This document shows positions 19,601 through 27,040 of a DNA stretch of 64,000 nucleotides, in pieces. The DNA is from Eubacteriales bacterium (GTDB lineage: Bacteria; Bacillota; Clostridia; Oscillospirales; CAG-272). Under the pieces are notes generated by a model that searched no databases, was not told where the DNA came from, and saw nothing but the letters and a program-made list of their open reading frames with translations. The stretch lies in the NCBI GenBank assembly GCA_045577175.1, contig JAZNHT010000017.1:18686-82685 (forward strand). Reading direction: 5' to 3'. Numbering within the stretch: position 1 is the first letter of the stretch; each line of letters starts with the position of its first letter. A program made the position numbers and the translations under genes.

Positions 19601-20566
19601 GGTGACCACAAGATCACCAACTGTACGGCAGACGTCGATATTATCACCAAGTATGCGTCGGCAGGCGGCTTTGTCGGCTCCGGCACGAACTCCGAAGGTA
19701 GAAACAAAAACATTACCTTCACCGATTGTGAAGCGAAGGGCACTGTGACTCTCGCCGAGGGCGGCACTGCCAATATCGGCGGCTTCGCAGGCGAGGCGGA
19801 TCGCGGTATCTATATCGACTGTACCGCGGCACAGGAACCCTTCATCGGCGGTACTCTGAATGATTCGATCGAAATTCATAATTACGTCGCACAGATCGGT
19901 GACGTATCATACGACTCTCTCGATGAGGCACTTGCGGCCGCATCGAACGGACAGACGGTTAAACTGGTTGCCGATACGGAAACGGCGGCACTTGTGGTCA
20001 GCACCGGCATTACGGTTGATCTTGCAGGATACGATCTGACGGCAGGCTACGTCGTCACGTTCAAGGGTGCTGCCATCATCGACAGCAACAGTCAGATTGC
20101 CGATGCCGAGCTCGGCGCGCTCATCGCACCGCAGGATCTCGTCCGTCTGGACGGTCAGAACGCGAACTACTGTCCCGTATGGAACGGTACGGCGTACAAC
20201 TTCGGTTATGTATCCGTAAATGTAAGACAGTACGGTGTCAATGAGTCCGGTGCAGTTTACTATAACTTCCGTTATGACTTTACAGGTCAGAGAAGCGGTC
20301 TTGAGTCATTCTTTGCAAACGATGAGAGCACACTCGTTAAGGTGAAACTCACCTGGACAACGGTAAACGGAAATATCAGCGAGCAGAGCTTTACCATGCC
20401 GAGAGAGAAGGCACAGAGTATGGCAGAAATTCAGGATAAATTTGTTTCCCTTACCGTTACCGGTCTGAGCGGTATTCAGGATCTCAGCATTTGTGTAATT
20501 ATCGAATCCACTGCTACGCAGGTAGCGGTTGAAGGCGGCACTGTGACGCTCAGTGTTGCAGGTTAA
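13613..20566 (+). CDS. giant secreted protein (about 2317 aa) with GLUG-like repeat modules and beta-helix-like regions
   Basis: Signal peptide MKNTAKRLFGIALVFIMLFSMWLVPTAFA|ED. Recurrent GGF[AVI]G, GGLIG and GGFFG motifs. An N-terminal block of about 420 aa is duplicated near the C-terminus. There are four VAQVGET.Y.TL..A-type module onsets. No LPxTG motif or SLH domain. Confidence 0.8.
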   Translation: MKNTAKRLFGIALVFIMLFSMWLVPTAFAEDSLNAWDGTSDTSWYNDTDTEFSLSTAEQLAGFAELVNAGNTFGGKTVKLTADINLGGKTWTPIASFAGNFVGNNCTISNFHMDATEKSSGFFGTIAASNGLEDVKVKDLVLSDVTAAVGAYRFGTLANSVKGVVHNVTVKNVTVTTTHTSAWVGGMCAFMDWPWMTNCTVENLTVNAAAGADLIGGFACILQKNSNHVFDNLDVNGFKVTVIDTDASGCGVGGFVAQTQRGWEYPKVINSDVTGIDVTAVGLVDVGGFIAWPGAHTTAENCTAQGKIDVTGVTSADCFAGGFFGNLGWNADLGKMGHVVTGCSADVDIITNVAAAGGFVGSATNSNNASMYATFTDCSASGDITSNGTAPVGGFAGDADRGTYSNCSATGTVVGANGVSGGFIGYVSDVTPSYDSRYPAGTRDYAVECVTFTDCTETSELPFFGDVDTAKPADEVEIRNYVAQVGETKYETIAEAIANAADGDTVVILPGEYGAFNISNKNITIKGTVGENGELLTTIKGGNPAITGHNFNGTIADLKIVDAFKVMYAEPAGNVTVDNVYVTGATYGFHLVAYSTDLTWTIQNSYMDLSWANSFGVYDGGDAAIVVTGNTFEATNPYYEGGFVYHVNTFLPNVTVTENIFGENAKILIRDAVTDTSNIRIFANYHADGVENAFDEDSLEVAIESYYRSVDENGNLTDLVTVPTGSNSPAYTKEVDGYVRIWGEGSGNASESFVLKLYSEETLIATTTLNNVGGIIDGDVNVTWNFFYPSSNDEYWTTTWEEGHPKTTAQPTKVELYIDGTLVATTDAQMNAPDNLNPVVWTELGGVEAEVIEIRTWDDLKALDARVEGGDMLEGVIVKLMNDIDLYEMGTDGEAVSFNPIGANKAYFKGTFDGQGYTIRNMYQSGWALGYDWYNYGTIGLFAYLWDATVKNLTIENAECLVEGGNVAGIAGCAWGDCTFENITIKNSTFATYNNRAAGIVGYTGGEGTMTFKNITVDEDTVIAALWGSYDCTLGGVVGSTHSNNVTKYVFEDVTVACKLDCYNDVTASYKWYSYRMCGMLIGSMKALQEGTTDVDPRDTVTLKNVNITIGEWANQTYIWDDSLSKGCQRVEAGYSYGGVDVSQYPDAEVETIGFNTIIGGPQSQSSGYYGSDITKLEELEGFEEQVAELDVTDIALEIRSRVAQVGETYFTSLQTAIDSANGETVILIANATENITIAEGATVVIDLGGKTLNGYIAPCSPASLTISNGSVKNTDSSVSALEINAGTLTLTNVNIDSARHAVRIDGAVTATIDGGTYRSAIGEGTGTYHAVNISGDAYVTVKNGTFVGPKGTTADSGSAICTKAVVIIENGSFSGGKNSTLVTKDSGSVVITGGTFDQDPTAYVADGYKAVEADGVYTVVMVVYVAEMNGTKYETLAEAVAAAGENDTITLIKDVALTDTLTIPADKKIILDLAGYTVSQTKEQTAGYQMILIDGTLTVEDSVGGGKISYTDSGNGGEYISDTIYNRGVLVINGGTIENLSSATVASNGYPHAVDTYSGIRDTSVTINGGTVYCAEYSAIRMFCVSETYKNDLTITGGTIKGAVDAQNGSKDKACVGALNITGGTFETTANANNIRIADWHYYGSTATISGIEVSVSGGNFNGGIYNNIGTVEKFITGGTFTVDPSAYVVFGYEATESEGVYGVAASAIIKINNADDLLAFAALANAGNTFSGKTVELTDDIDLGGMTWTPIAKFAGKFYGNDYTISNFVIDATAAHGGFFNVLEWAVIDDLNLADVTATVGAYRFGTLARSINQTCIGDVTVKDVTVTTTNSEAFVAGLFSHGTVNSNMTVNNCTVENFTVNAQNGAMLIGGITTFVQKNGTEAEDTNVMENLHVKNIKVTVNDTDGYAGVGGLIGQTQTVWQNPHFKNCSVTGLDVTATGTVDVGGFMCYPGSWTYATDCTTEGKIDVSGVTSANNYAGGFFGDYGWGDNVGKGDHKITNCTADVDIITKYASAGGFVGSGTNSEGRNKNITFTDCEAKGTVTLAEGGTANIGGFAGEADRGIYIDCTAAQEPFIGGTLNDSIEIHNYVAQIGDVSYDSLDEALAAASNGQTVKLVADTETAALVVSTGITVDLAGYDLTAGYVVTFKGAAIIDSNSQIADAELGALIAPQDLVRLDGQNANYCPVWNGTAYNFGYVSVNVRQYGVNESGAVYYNFRYDFTGQRSGLESFFANDESTLVKVKLTWTTVNGNISEQSFTMPREKAQSMAEIQDKFVSLTVTGLSGIQDLSICVIIESTATQVAVEGGTVTLSVAG

Positions 20567-20589
20567 TTTAAGAACAGGAGAATAGAATC

Positions 20590-20715
20590 ATGAAGAAACT
20601 TTATCAGAAACCCGAAGCAGAGATCATCGGACTGCGTATCCGTGAGCCGATCGCCGATCAGGCAGGTGTCGGAAGCTGGGGCTCCGGCATCGATGAGGAT
20701 ATTGTAGACCCGTGA
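20590..20715 (+). CDS. unannotated 41-aa ORF, a candidate leader-bearing substrate peptide for the downstream kinase/PqqD pair
   Basis: MKKLYQKPEAEIIGLRIREPIADQAGVGSWGSGIDEDIVDP. AGGAGA RBS 7 nt upstream. It begins 23 nt after the giant-gene stop, and its TGA overlaps the kinase GTG as GTGA. Y5-x-x-P8-x-A-x-x-x-G14 resembles the lasso-leader RRE-binding motif YxxPxLxxxG. Confidence 0.55.
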   Translation: MKKLYQKPEAEIIGLRIREPIADQAGVGSWGSGIDEDIVDP

Positions 20716-21419
20716 TCTGTAAAATCGCAGATCTTACCGTGGATGTTCCGTCGGCGGGGGGGCTTTCCCCCCGCTTTACGGAATATCTGTACGAGTTTCG
20801 CGGGCAGACGGACATCCGAATCGATGCAGCGCAGTACCGTCACGCAAAATATCCGAACGCATCGGCAGAGCTTATCGCCTACATTGAATCCGGTATGCAG
20901 TTTCATCGGGAGATTCTGCGCTTTGACGGGATGATGCTTCATTCCTCCGCCGTTGCATTGGGCGGGTGGGCGTATCTCTTTTCAGGTCCTTGCGGCGAGG
21001 GAAAATCCACGCACGCAAAGCTATGGAAGGAGGTGTTCGGAAGTGAGGCGGTCATCATAAATGACGACAAGCCTACACTCCGCCGTCTGGATGGGAGATG
21101 GTTTGCCTACGGCACGCCGTGGTGCGGCAAGGATGGGATTAACGTGAATCGGAAAGTGCCGCTCGGCGGCATCTGCTTTTTGAAGCAGGGTACGGAAACC
21201 CGTATCCGCCGTCTTGAAAATCCCGAATCTACCGCCAACGTGATTCTGCAAACCATGCACAGATTCAAGGATGAAGAGAATCTGACCAGAATGCTGTCTC
21301 ACGTTGACAAGCTGGTGCGTGAGATTCCGATGTTTGAATTGGAAAATCAGCCCGTACCCGATGCCGCACGTCTCAGCTTTGAAACGATGCACCGTGCTTT
21401 GAAGGAGGCTTCACTGTGA
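20712..21419 (+). CDS. HprK-related P-loop kinase (HPr kinase C-terminal-domain-like)
   Basis: GTG start. Walker A LFSGPCGEGKSTHAKLW resembles the HprK/P GDSGVGKSE motif. 235 aa, i.e. kinase-domain size only. Confidence 0.65.
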   Translation: MICKIADLTVDVPSAGGLSPRFTEYLYEFRGQTDIRIDAAQYRHAKYPNASAELIAYIESGMQFHREILRFDGMMLHSSAVALGGWAYLFSGPCGEGKSTHAKLWKEVFGSEAVIINDDKPTLRRLDGRWFAYGTPWCGKDGINVNRKVPLGGICFLKQGTETRIRRLENPESTANVILQTMHRFKDEENLTRMLSHVDKLVREIPMFELENQPVPDAARLSFETMHRALKEASL

Positions 21420-21679
21420 AAATCAAAAATGGATTTGTGCTCCGCGAGGTTGCCGAGCATTGGTTTGTTCTGCCCGTCGGGCAGGCATCGGTCGATTTCA
21501 ACGGAATGATTTCTTTGAATGAGTCCGGTGTGCTCCTCTGGCAGACGCTTGAGGCAGGCGGAGATCGGGAAGCAATGTGCGAGGCTTTGCTTGCAGAATA
21601 TGAGGTGGAGCGCGCGCAGGCGCTTTCGGATGTGGATGCGTTCATCAAGGTATTGACGGACGCAGGCTGTATCGAATAA
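21416..21679 (+). CDS. PqqD-family protein (RiPP recognition element-like peptide chaperone)
   Basis: 87 aa, ...ISLNESGVLLWQTLEAGGDREAMCEALLAEYEVERAQALSDVDAFIKVLTDAGCI is the PqqD/RRE pattern. GTG start with AAGGAGG RBS. GTGA overlap with the kinase stop. Confidence 0.7.
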   Translation: MKIKNGFVLREVAEHWFVLPVGQASVDFNGMISLNESGVLLWQTLEAGGDREAMCEALLAEYEVERAQALSDVDAFIKVLTDAGCIE

Positions 21680-21762
21680 CAACAGATTTCAAACGCCGTG
21701 CGGGACGTGCAGATTCTGCAATACCAGCGCGGCGTTATCTGTCCGTTTTATGGAGGTATATT

Positions 21763-22725
21763 GTGAAAAAAAGATTACTTGCTTTTCTCGGGGCATTGCT
21801 TCTGCTTTTTTCCGCCGTCGCGGTACACGCTGCCGGATTTACAGCAAAGCAGCTTCGCATAGCTGACGCACTTCATCATGTCGGTCTGTTTCTCGGAACA
21901 GGCTCGGGGTATGAGTTGAACAGACAGCTAACCCGTACCGAGGGCATGGTGCTTCTTGTCCGCATGCTCGGACAGGAGCAGAATGTGCAAAGAGGCGGAT
22001 ACGAATGTCCGTTTACCGATGTCGCTGAGTGGGCGGTGAATTATGTCGGCTACGCATATGAGAACGGTATTACGCGCGGCTATTCGGACACGGAGTTCGG
22101 TGCCGAAGATCCGATGACGGATTATATGTTTCTGACGCTTACACTCCGTGCACTTGGCTATAACGATAAAGGTGCAAATACGGAATTTGTCTGGGACGAT
22201 CCGTATGCACTGGCACAGAAAATCGGACTGATTTCTTCGGGAAAATCGGATAAGGATTTTATTCGTGCCGATGCTGTGGAGGTTTTTTGGAACGCATTTA
22301 AGCAGAACGACTATGAGTTGGCGCATAAGCTCATCCGATGGGGCGTGTTTACCGAAAAGCAGCTCAGTGAAGCGATTGAAATTTACACCTACGGCAGGAT
22401 CGTGACGGAAGAAACCACACGGGACGCGGATGGGGACACAGATGATGCAACCCCCGAAGTAACCGCACCGAATACTCCGCCTGCACCGTCCATACCTCAG
22501 CAAACGGAAACGACAACGCTTCCGCCCGTGCCGAGCGGTTCGATCTCTTATGAGGAATATATAGCCATGAGCGGTGAGGAGCAGGAGGCGTACTTTATGC
22601 AGTTCTCCGATCCGATGGCGTTCTTTGTATGGCTGGAGACCGCTAAAGCAGAGTACGATGCCAAAAACCCGAGCATTGACATTGGTGACGATGGCAATAT
22701 TGATCTCGGCGGACTTGGAAGCTGA
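21763..22725 (+). CDS. secreted protein with SLH (S-layer homology)-like repeats
   Basis: Signal peptide MKKRLLAFLGALLLLFSAVAVHA. FTDVAEWAVNYVGYAYENGITRGYSDTEFG fits the SLH consensus. A Pro/Thr-rich linker follows. Confidence 0.6.
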   Translation: MKKRLLAFLGALLLLFSAVAVHAAGFTAKQLRIADALHHVGLFLGTGSGYELNRQLTRTEGMVLLVRMLGQEQNVQRGGYECPFTDVAEWAVNYVGYAYENGITRGYSDTEFGAEDPMTDYMFLTLTLRALGYNDKGANTEFVWDDPYALAQKIGLISSGKSDKDFIRADAVEVFWNAFKQNDYELAHKLIRWGVFTEKQLSEAIEIYTYGRIVTEETTRDADGDTDDATPEVTAPNTPPAPSIPQQTETTTLPPVPSGSISYEEYIAMSGEEQEAYFMQFSDPMAFFVWLETAKAEYDAKNPSIDIGDDGNIDLGGLGS

Positions 22726-23221
22726 TACTGCCACGGTGGAAACGGCAAAAATACAAGAGGTGTCGGTGACCGCTGTTTTTCCCGTGTTGGAGGAGCTTCT
22801 TTCCGTCGGGACGAGCGTGGAGATCACGGTCAGCGGAAACAGTATGTATCCGATGCTGAAGCATCAGATCAGCCGTGTACGTCTTGCTCCCGTCGGAGCT
22901 TTGCGGATAGGCGATCTTCCGCTTTACCGTAGGGAGAACGGCGCATATGTTCTGCACCGTATCGTCGGACGGAAGGAAGGCGGCTATGTCTGCTGCGGAG
23001 ACAATCAGCGCGAGCTTGAATTTGGCATCCGTCGGGAGCAGATTGTCGCTGTAGCGACCGATTATTACCGCAATGACCGTTGGCGATCCTGTGCATCATG
23101 GTCGTACAGGATGTATGCACGCGTGTGGATTGCGATTCGTCCGTGTCGCCACGCCTTTCTGTCGGTCGGTCGGTGGGTGTTTCGGCTTCTCAGGCGGGCG
23201 AAAAATCACTTCGAAAAGTAA
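22691..23221 (+). CDS. type I signal peptidase (S26) family protein; start uncertain
   Basis: VSGNSMYPML...GDLPLYRR...YVLHRIVG matches the SPase I boxes (SGxSMxPTL, GD, KRxIG). The track ORF begins at 22574 inside the SLH gene. Candidate starts are ATG 22691 or GTG near 22734. Confidence 0.55.
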   Translation: MAILISADLEADTATVETAKIQEVSVTAVFPVLEELLSVGTSVEITVSGNSMYPMLKHQISRVRLAPVGALRIGDLPLYRRENGAYVLHRIVGRKEGGYVCCGDNQRELEFGIRREQIVAVATDYYRNDRWRSCASWSYRMYARVWIAIRPCRHAFLSVGRWVFRLLRRAKNHFEK

Positions 23222-23256
23222 AAGAACCCTTGCTGCGCTATCGCAGCAAGGGTTTG

Positions 23257-24177
23257 TCATTTCATGATTTCAGCCGTCAGACGGCAGAAATCGAGGGGGG
23301 ATAGCTTCTCGCCGCGGATGTCCGTGCGGATACCGAGGGAGGCAAGCGCCGCCTCCGTTTTTTCTTTCGGAAACAGAGAAGAAAGCGCATTTGGGAGTGC
23401 CTTGCGCCGCATGACAAATGCCGTATCGATTACCGCAGTCAGCTTGTCAAAATACGGAGCGAACCCGTCACCCGTCGGGCAGTCGGGATACAGATCACGG
23501 AGCCCATTCGGATATGTGTCAATCTGTAAAACGGCGGATTCCACCTTCGGAACAGGATAGAAATTGCCTGCCGATACGGTAAAAGCACGCCTTGCGCACC
23601 CATGCAGAGCGAGCAGAACGGAGGTCGCGCTGTAATCGCGGTCGCCTGCCTCGGCGCACACGCGGTCAGCAAATTCGCGCTGTACGAGCAGCGTAATGCG
23701 CGTGATAGGCGATGTTCCGTCAGGGCGGTACGCATCCAGCAGAGCAGTGAGAATCGGCGTCGTGATGTAATACGGCAGATTTGCGCAGACGTGCACCGAT
23801 CCTCCGTCTGCGATCTCGCCGATCAGCGCGCGTGCGTCCGTTTTCATGAAATCGGCGTGGATGACGCGCACGTTTTCGCAGTCGGAAAGCGTCTCGGCGA
23901 GGACGGGGATCAGTCCGTCATCGATCTCCACCGCCGTGACGGCAGGATACCGTGCGGCAAGCTCGCGCGTCAAAGCCCCGATGCCGGGACCGATTTCGAG
24001 CACGCGCACGCTGTCCGCGTTTTCTCGCGCAAATACAGGCTCGGTATATGCCGAGGTGTCCGCAATTTCCTCGGGGATGGCGGCATTCACAAGAAAATTC
24101 TGCCCGAACGATTTGCGCGGCGCGATGCCGTGCTTTTCCATAAGGGCGCGGATTTCCGTAAGATTACATAAATTCAT
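23257..24177 (-). CDS. rsmA: 16S rRNA (adenine1518/1519-N6)-dimethyltransferase
   Basis: FGQNFL, VLEIGPGIGALT (SAM motif), NLPYYITTPI. Confidence 0.85.
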   Translation of the reverse strand: MNLCNLTEIRALMEKHGIAPRKSFGQNFLVNAAIPEEIADTSAYTEPVFARENADSVRVLEIGPGIGALTRELAARYPAVTAVEIDDGLIPVLAETLSDCENVRVIHADFMKTDARALIGEIADGGSVHVCANLPYYITTPILTALLDAYRPDGTSPITRITLLVQREFADRVCAEAGDRDYSATSVLLALHGCARRAFTVSAGNFYPVPKVESAVLQIDTYPNGLRDLYPDCPTGDGFAPYFDKLTAVIDTAFVMRRKALPNALSSLFPKEKTEAALASLGIRTDIRGEKLSPLDFCRLTAEIMK

Positions 24178-24225
24178 ATCGTACACCTGATGCAAGAAAG
24201 GGGGGCTGTATGCCCCCCGATTTGA

Positions 24226-25602
24226 TTAAAATGCGATCTTTTCTGCGATGTAGGACTCAAGATCCGCGATCGGAATACGAACCTGCTCCATCGTGTCGCG
24301 GTCGCGCACGGTGACACAGCCGTCCTCTTTGGATTCAAAGTCGTAGGTGATGCAAAGCGGCGTGCCGATCTCGTCCTCGCGGCGGTAGCGCTTGCCGATC
24401 GAGCCTGCGTCATCGTAGTCCACCATGAACGTCTTGGACAGACGTGCGTAGATTTCGCCTGCCTCCTCAGAGAGCTTTTTCGAAAGCGGCAGAACGGCAG
24501 CCTTGAACGGAGCCAGTGCCGGATGCAGGTGCATGACAACGCGTACATCGTTTTTCTCTGCGTCAATGATTTCCTCATCGTATGCCTCAACGAGGAATGC
24601 GAGCGTTACGCGGTCTGCGCCGAGCGACGGCTCAACAACGTAAGGGACGTATTTTTCGTTCGTTTCGGGATCGAAGTACTCCATCGGCTCGCCGGAGTGA
24701 TTCTGGTGCTGGGTGAGGTCGTAGTCCGTGCGGTCAGCGATACCCCACAGCTCGCCCCAACCGAACGGGAACATGAACTCGAAGTCCGTCGTAGCCTTGG
24801 AGTAGAAGGAGAGCTCCTCCGGATCGTGGTCGCGCAGGCGGAGATTCTCCTTGGCGATGCCGAGATTGTAAAGGAAATCAGCGCAGTATCCTCTCCAGTA
24901 GGTGAACCACTCCAGGTCGGTGCCGGGCTTGCAGAAGAACTCCAGCTCCATCTGCTCAAACTCGCGCGTACGGAACGTGAAGTTACCGGGCGTGATCTCG
25001 TTGCGGAAGGACTTACCGATCTGCGCAACGCCGAAGGGAACCTTCTTGCGGGAGGTGCGGGCGATATTTTTGAAGTTGACGAAGATGCCCTGTGCCGTTT
25101 CGGGACGGAGATACAGCGTGTTTGTGCTGTCCTCGGTAACGCCCTGGAACGTCTTGAACATCAGGTTGAACTTACGGATGTCGGTGAAATCCTTCGAACC
25201 GCAGTCGGGGCAGACGATGCCGTGCTCTGCGATGTATGCGGAGAGCTGCTCGTTCGACCAGCCGCCCGGGTTGTCGGCGAGACCGTTTGCGGCGGCATAA
25301 TCCTCAATCAGCTTGTCCGCGCGGTGACGGGTCTTACATGCCTTACAGTCCATCAGCGGATCGGAGAAGCCGCCGAGGTGACCGGAGGCCACCCACGTCT
25401 CGGGATTCATCAGAATGGCGGAGTCAAGACCGACGTTGTACGGGCTCTCCTGCACGAATTTCTTCCACCAGGCGCGCTTGACGTTGTTCTTCAGTTCAAC
25501 GCCGAGAGGACCGTAGTCCCAGGAATTGGCGAGACCGCCGTAGATTTCGGAGCCTGCGTAAACGAAGCCTCTGTTTTTGCAGAGAGCAACGACTTTTTCC
25601 AT
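24226..25602 (-). CDS. glyQS: glycine--tRNA ligase (alpha2 type)
   Basis: [34 protein letters not shown]. The start could instead be the upstream ATG at 25635. Confidence 0.85.
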   Translation of the reverse strand: MEKVVALCKNRGFVYAGSEIYGGLANSWDYGPLGVELKNNVKRAWWKKFVQESPYNVGLDSAILMNPETWVASGHLGGFSDPLMDCKACKTRHRADKLIEDYAAANGLADNPGGWSNEQLSAYIAEHGIVCPDCGSKDFTDIRKFNLMFKTFQGVTEDSTNTLYLRPETAQGIFVNFKNIARTSRKKVPFGVAQIGKSFRNEITPGNFTFRTREFEQMELEFFCKPGTDLEWFTYWRGYCADFLYNLGIAKENLRLRDHDPEELSFYSKATTDFEFMFPFGWGELWGIADRTDYDLTQHQNHSGEPMEYFDPETNEKYVPYVVEPSLGADRVTLAFLVEAYDEEIIDAEKNDVRVVMHLHPALAPFKAAVLPLSKKLSEEAGEIYARLSKTFMVDYDDAGSIGKRYRREDEIGTPLCITYDFESKEDGCVTVRDRDTMEQVRIPIADLESYIAEKIAF

Positions 25603-25675
25603 CGTTTTTTCGGTGTTGGGCATGCGTGTACTCATAGTGTGGAGTATCCTTTCGAAGATATATGATTATGTTTGA

Positions 25676-26803
25676 TTAACTGTTGTTTGTGCCTATGACC
25701 TTGCGATAGCTTTTGAACATAACGATACCGGACGCGGTGCTCGGAGAAAACCAGGCATTTTCCGTCTCTGTTGCGGATATGTATCTGCCGGGATAGTCCA
25801 GCGTTTTGACTGTGAAGGTATCACTGCTTATCGCACAGATGAGCTCCATACGGGACACGAGATCCTTTGTCGTGAAATTCGAGTCAATCCAGCCGCTTTC
25901 ATAGATTTTGTCGTAGAATGCGGTAAATTCCGCCTGCGGAAGTGCGGTAACCTTTGTCAAAATCGCGGAGAGAATGTCCACTAAAAGATCGTTTCGATCC
26001 GCGAGTGCCGCAGCGGAGGAGTAGTCCTCCCACATCATCAATGCGATCGAGCCGGCACCGTCAATGGTGTTGCTTCCGATCGTGTAAAACGGTTCCGTGA
26101 AGCCATCCTCCGGCCTCTGCGAGGTGGAAACGCGACCGTCGTAGTACAGTTCTTCCTTCAGATAGAGTGGGAAGCCGCCCATTTCAAAGACGATGTCGTA
26201 AAGCTCGGTCACGTTGACGTGCAGATGAAAATCAATGGTAAGACCGGTCATCGCGGCGACCTGATCGACGATGTAATTTTTACCGTACAGGTTATAAAGA
26301 TCGCCGAGCGTGTGATCGCCTGTCGGCGTGTTTACACGTGTGATGGCAGGGAAGACGGTGTATGTAAATTCTTTCCGTTCCTTGTCTGCGCGGAGAAGCA
26401 CGGTAGCCACGGCACGCGGATAGCGGTACTCTTTGCCGAGAAGCCCGAACTCTCCCGTTTCTCCCGCTTCCAGCTGTTCCTTGAGCGTGTCCTGATCGGG
26501 GAAGTAATCGTCAAACATATCGGACTGATAATCCGTTACGATAAAGAGCATGTTGAAGGAGTCACCCTGGATGGACGCATCCGGGTCGTCATTGACGGAG
26601 GGATTGTCGGGCACAGAGGTGTCGGACGGGGACGGATTGCCGCTGTTTTCGGGAGTGAGAATCCCCTCCAGCTCACTGGATTCCGCCGCGAAAATGCCCG
26701 TGATCGTGTTGGTGAGGAATTTCGTGGCAAAATATGCCGCCGAGCCGAAAATGAGCGCAGCAATCAGAAAGGTTATGAAAAAATTCTTCAGTGCCGAGAG
26801 CAT
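25676..26803 (-). CDS. membrane-anchored hypothetical protein
   Basis: N-terminal TM helix, an acidic low-complexity linker, then a globular domain with no recognisable catalytic motif. Confidence 0.4.
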   Translation of the reverse strand: MLSALKNFFITFLIAALIFGSAAYFATKFLTNTITGIFAAESSELEGILTPENSGNPSPSDTSVPDNPSVNDDPDASIQGDSFNMLFIVTDYQSDMFDDYFPDQDTLKEQLEAGETGEFGLLGKEYRYPRAVATVLLRADKERKEFTYTVFPAITRVNTPTGDHTLGDLYNLYGKNYIVDQVAAMTGLTIDFHLHVNVTELYDIVFEMGGFPLYLKEELYYDGRVSTSQRPEDGFTEPFYTIGSNTIDGAGSIALMMWEDYSSAAALADRNDLLVDILSAILTKVTALPQAEFTAFYDKIYESGWIDSNFTTKDLVSRMELICAISSDTFTVKTLDYPGRYISATETENAWFSPSTASGIVMFKSYRKVIGTNNS

Positions 26804-26947
26804 ACAAAACCTCCTTTACTGTACCATACCAATAATTATATAATAATTTTCAGGAAAAAGCAATAGGTAAATTTGTGAAGTACGGTATTTCAGACGAAAA
26901 AACGGAAAAAATGTTTCCGTAAAGAGCGGTTTGGCGAGAAAAAACTC

Positions 26948-26976
26948 TTGACAAAAAAAGCCGCTCGTTGTATAAT
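26948..26976 (+). promoter_or_regulatory. consensus sigma-70 promoter for the crh-like gene
   Basis: TTGACA, a 17-nt spacer, then TATAAT. Confidence 0.65.
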
Positions 26977-27040
26977 GATTTGTGTAAGGTTTTGGTAAAA
27001 TATCAAACTTATACGAATTCACCTAAAGGAGATGCTTGCT

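Noticed and set aside
13634-19879. Minus-strand ORFs of 330, 253, 631 and 716 aa inside the giant-gene region
   Set aside because: They are antisense to the 2317-aa secreted protein, which has a signal peptide, promoter and RBS. Their translations lack motifs and are Cys/Arg-rich.
20590-21679. Reading the peptide/PqqD/kinase set as a lasso-peptide cluster, with core GSWGSGIDEDIVDP and Asp at core position 8
   Set aside because: No lasso cyclase (asparagine-synthetase-like C protein) or transglutaminase-like leader peptidase (B2) is encoded anywhere in the window. The penultimate leader residue would be Gly rather than the conserved Thr. The tail has no bulky plug residues. The leader-motif match is kept as evidence only that the ORF is an RRE-bound substrate.
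22574-22690. N-terminal 39 residues of track ORF 22574..23221
   Set aside because: This stretch lies inside the SLH-protein gene in another frame, and the SPase I homology begins only after it, so the start was moved downstream.
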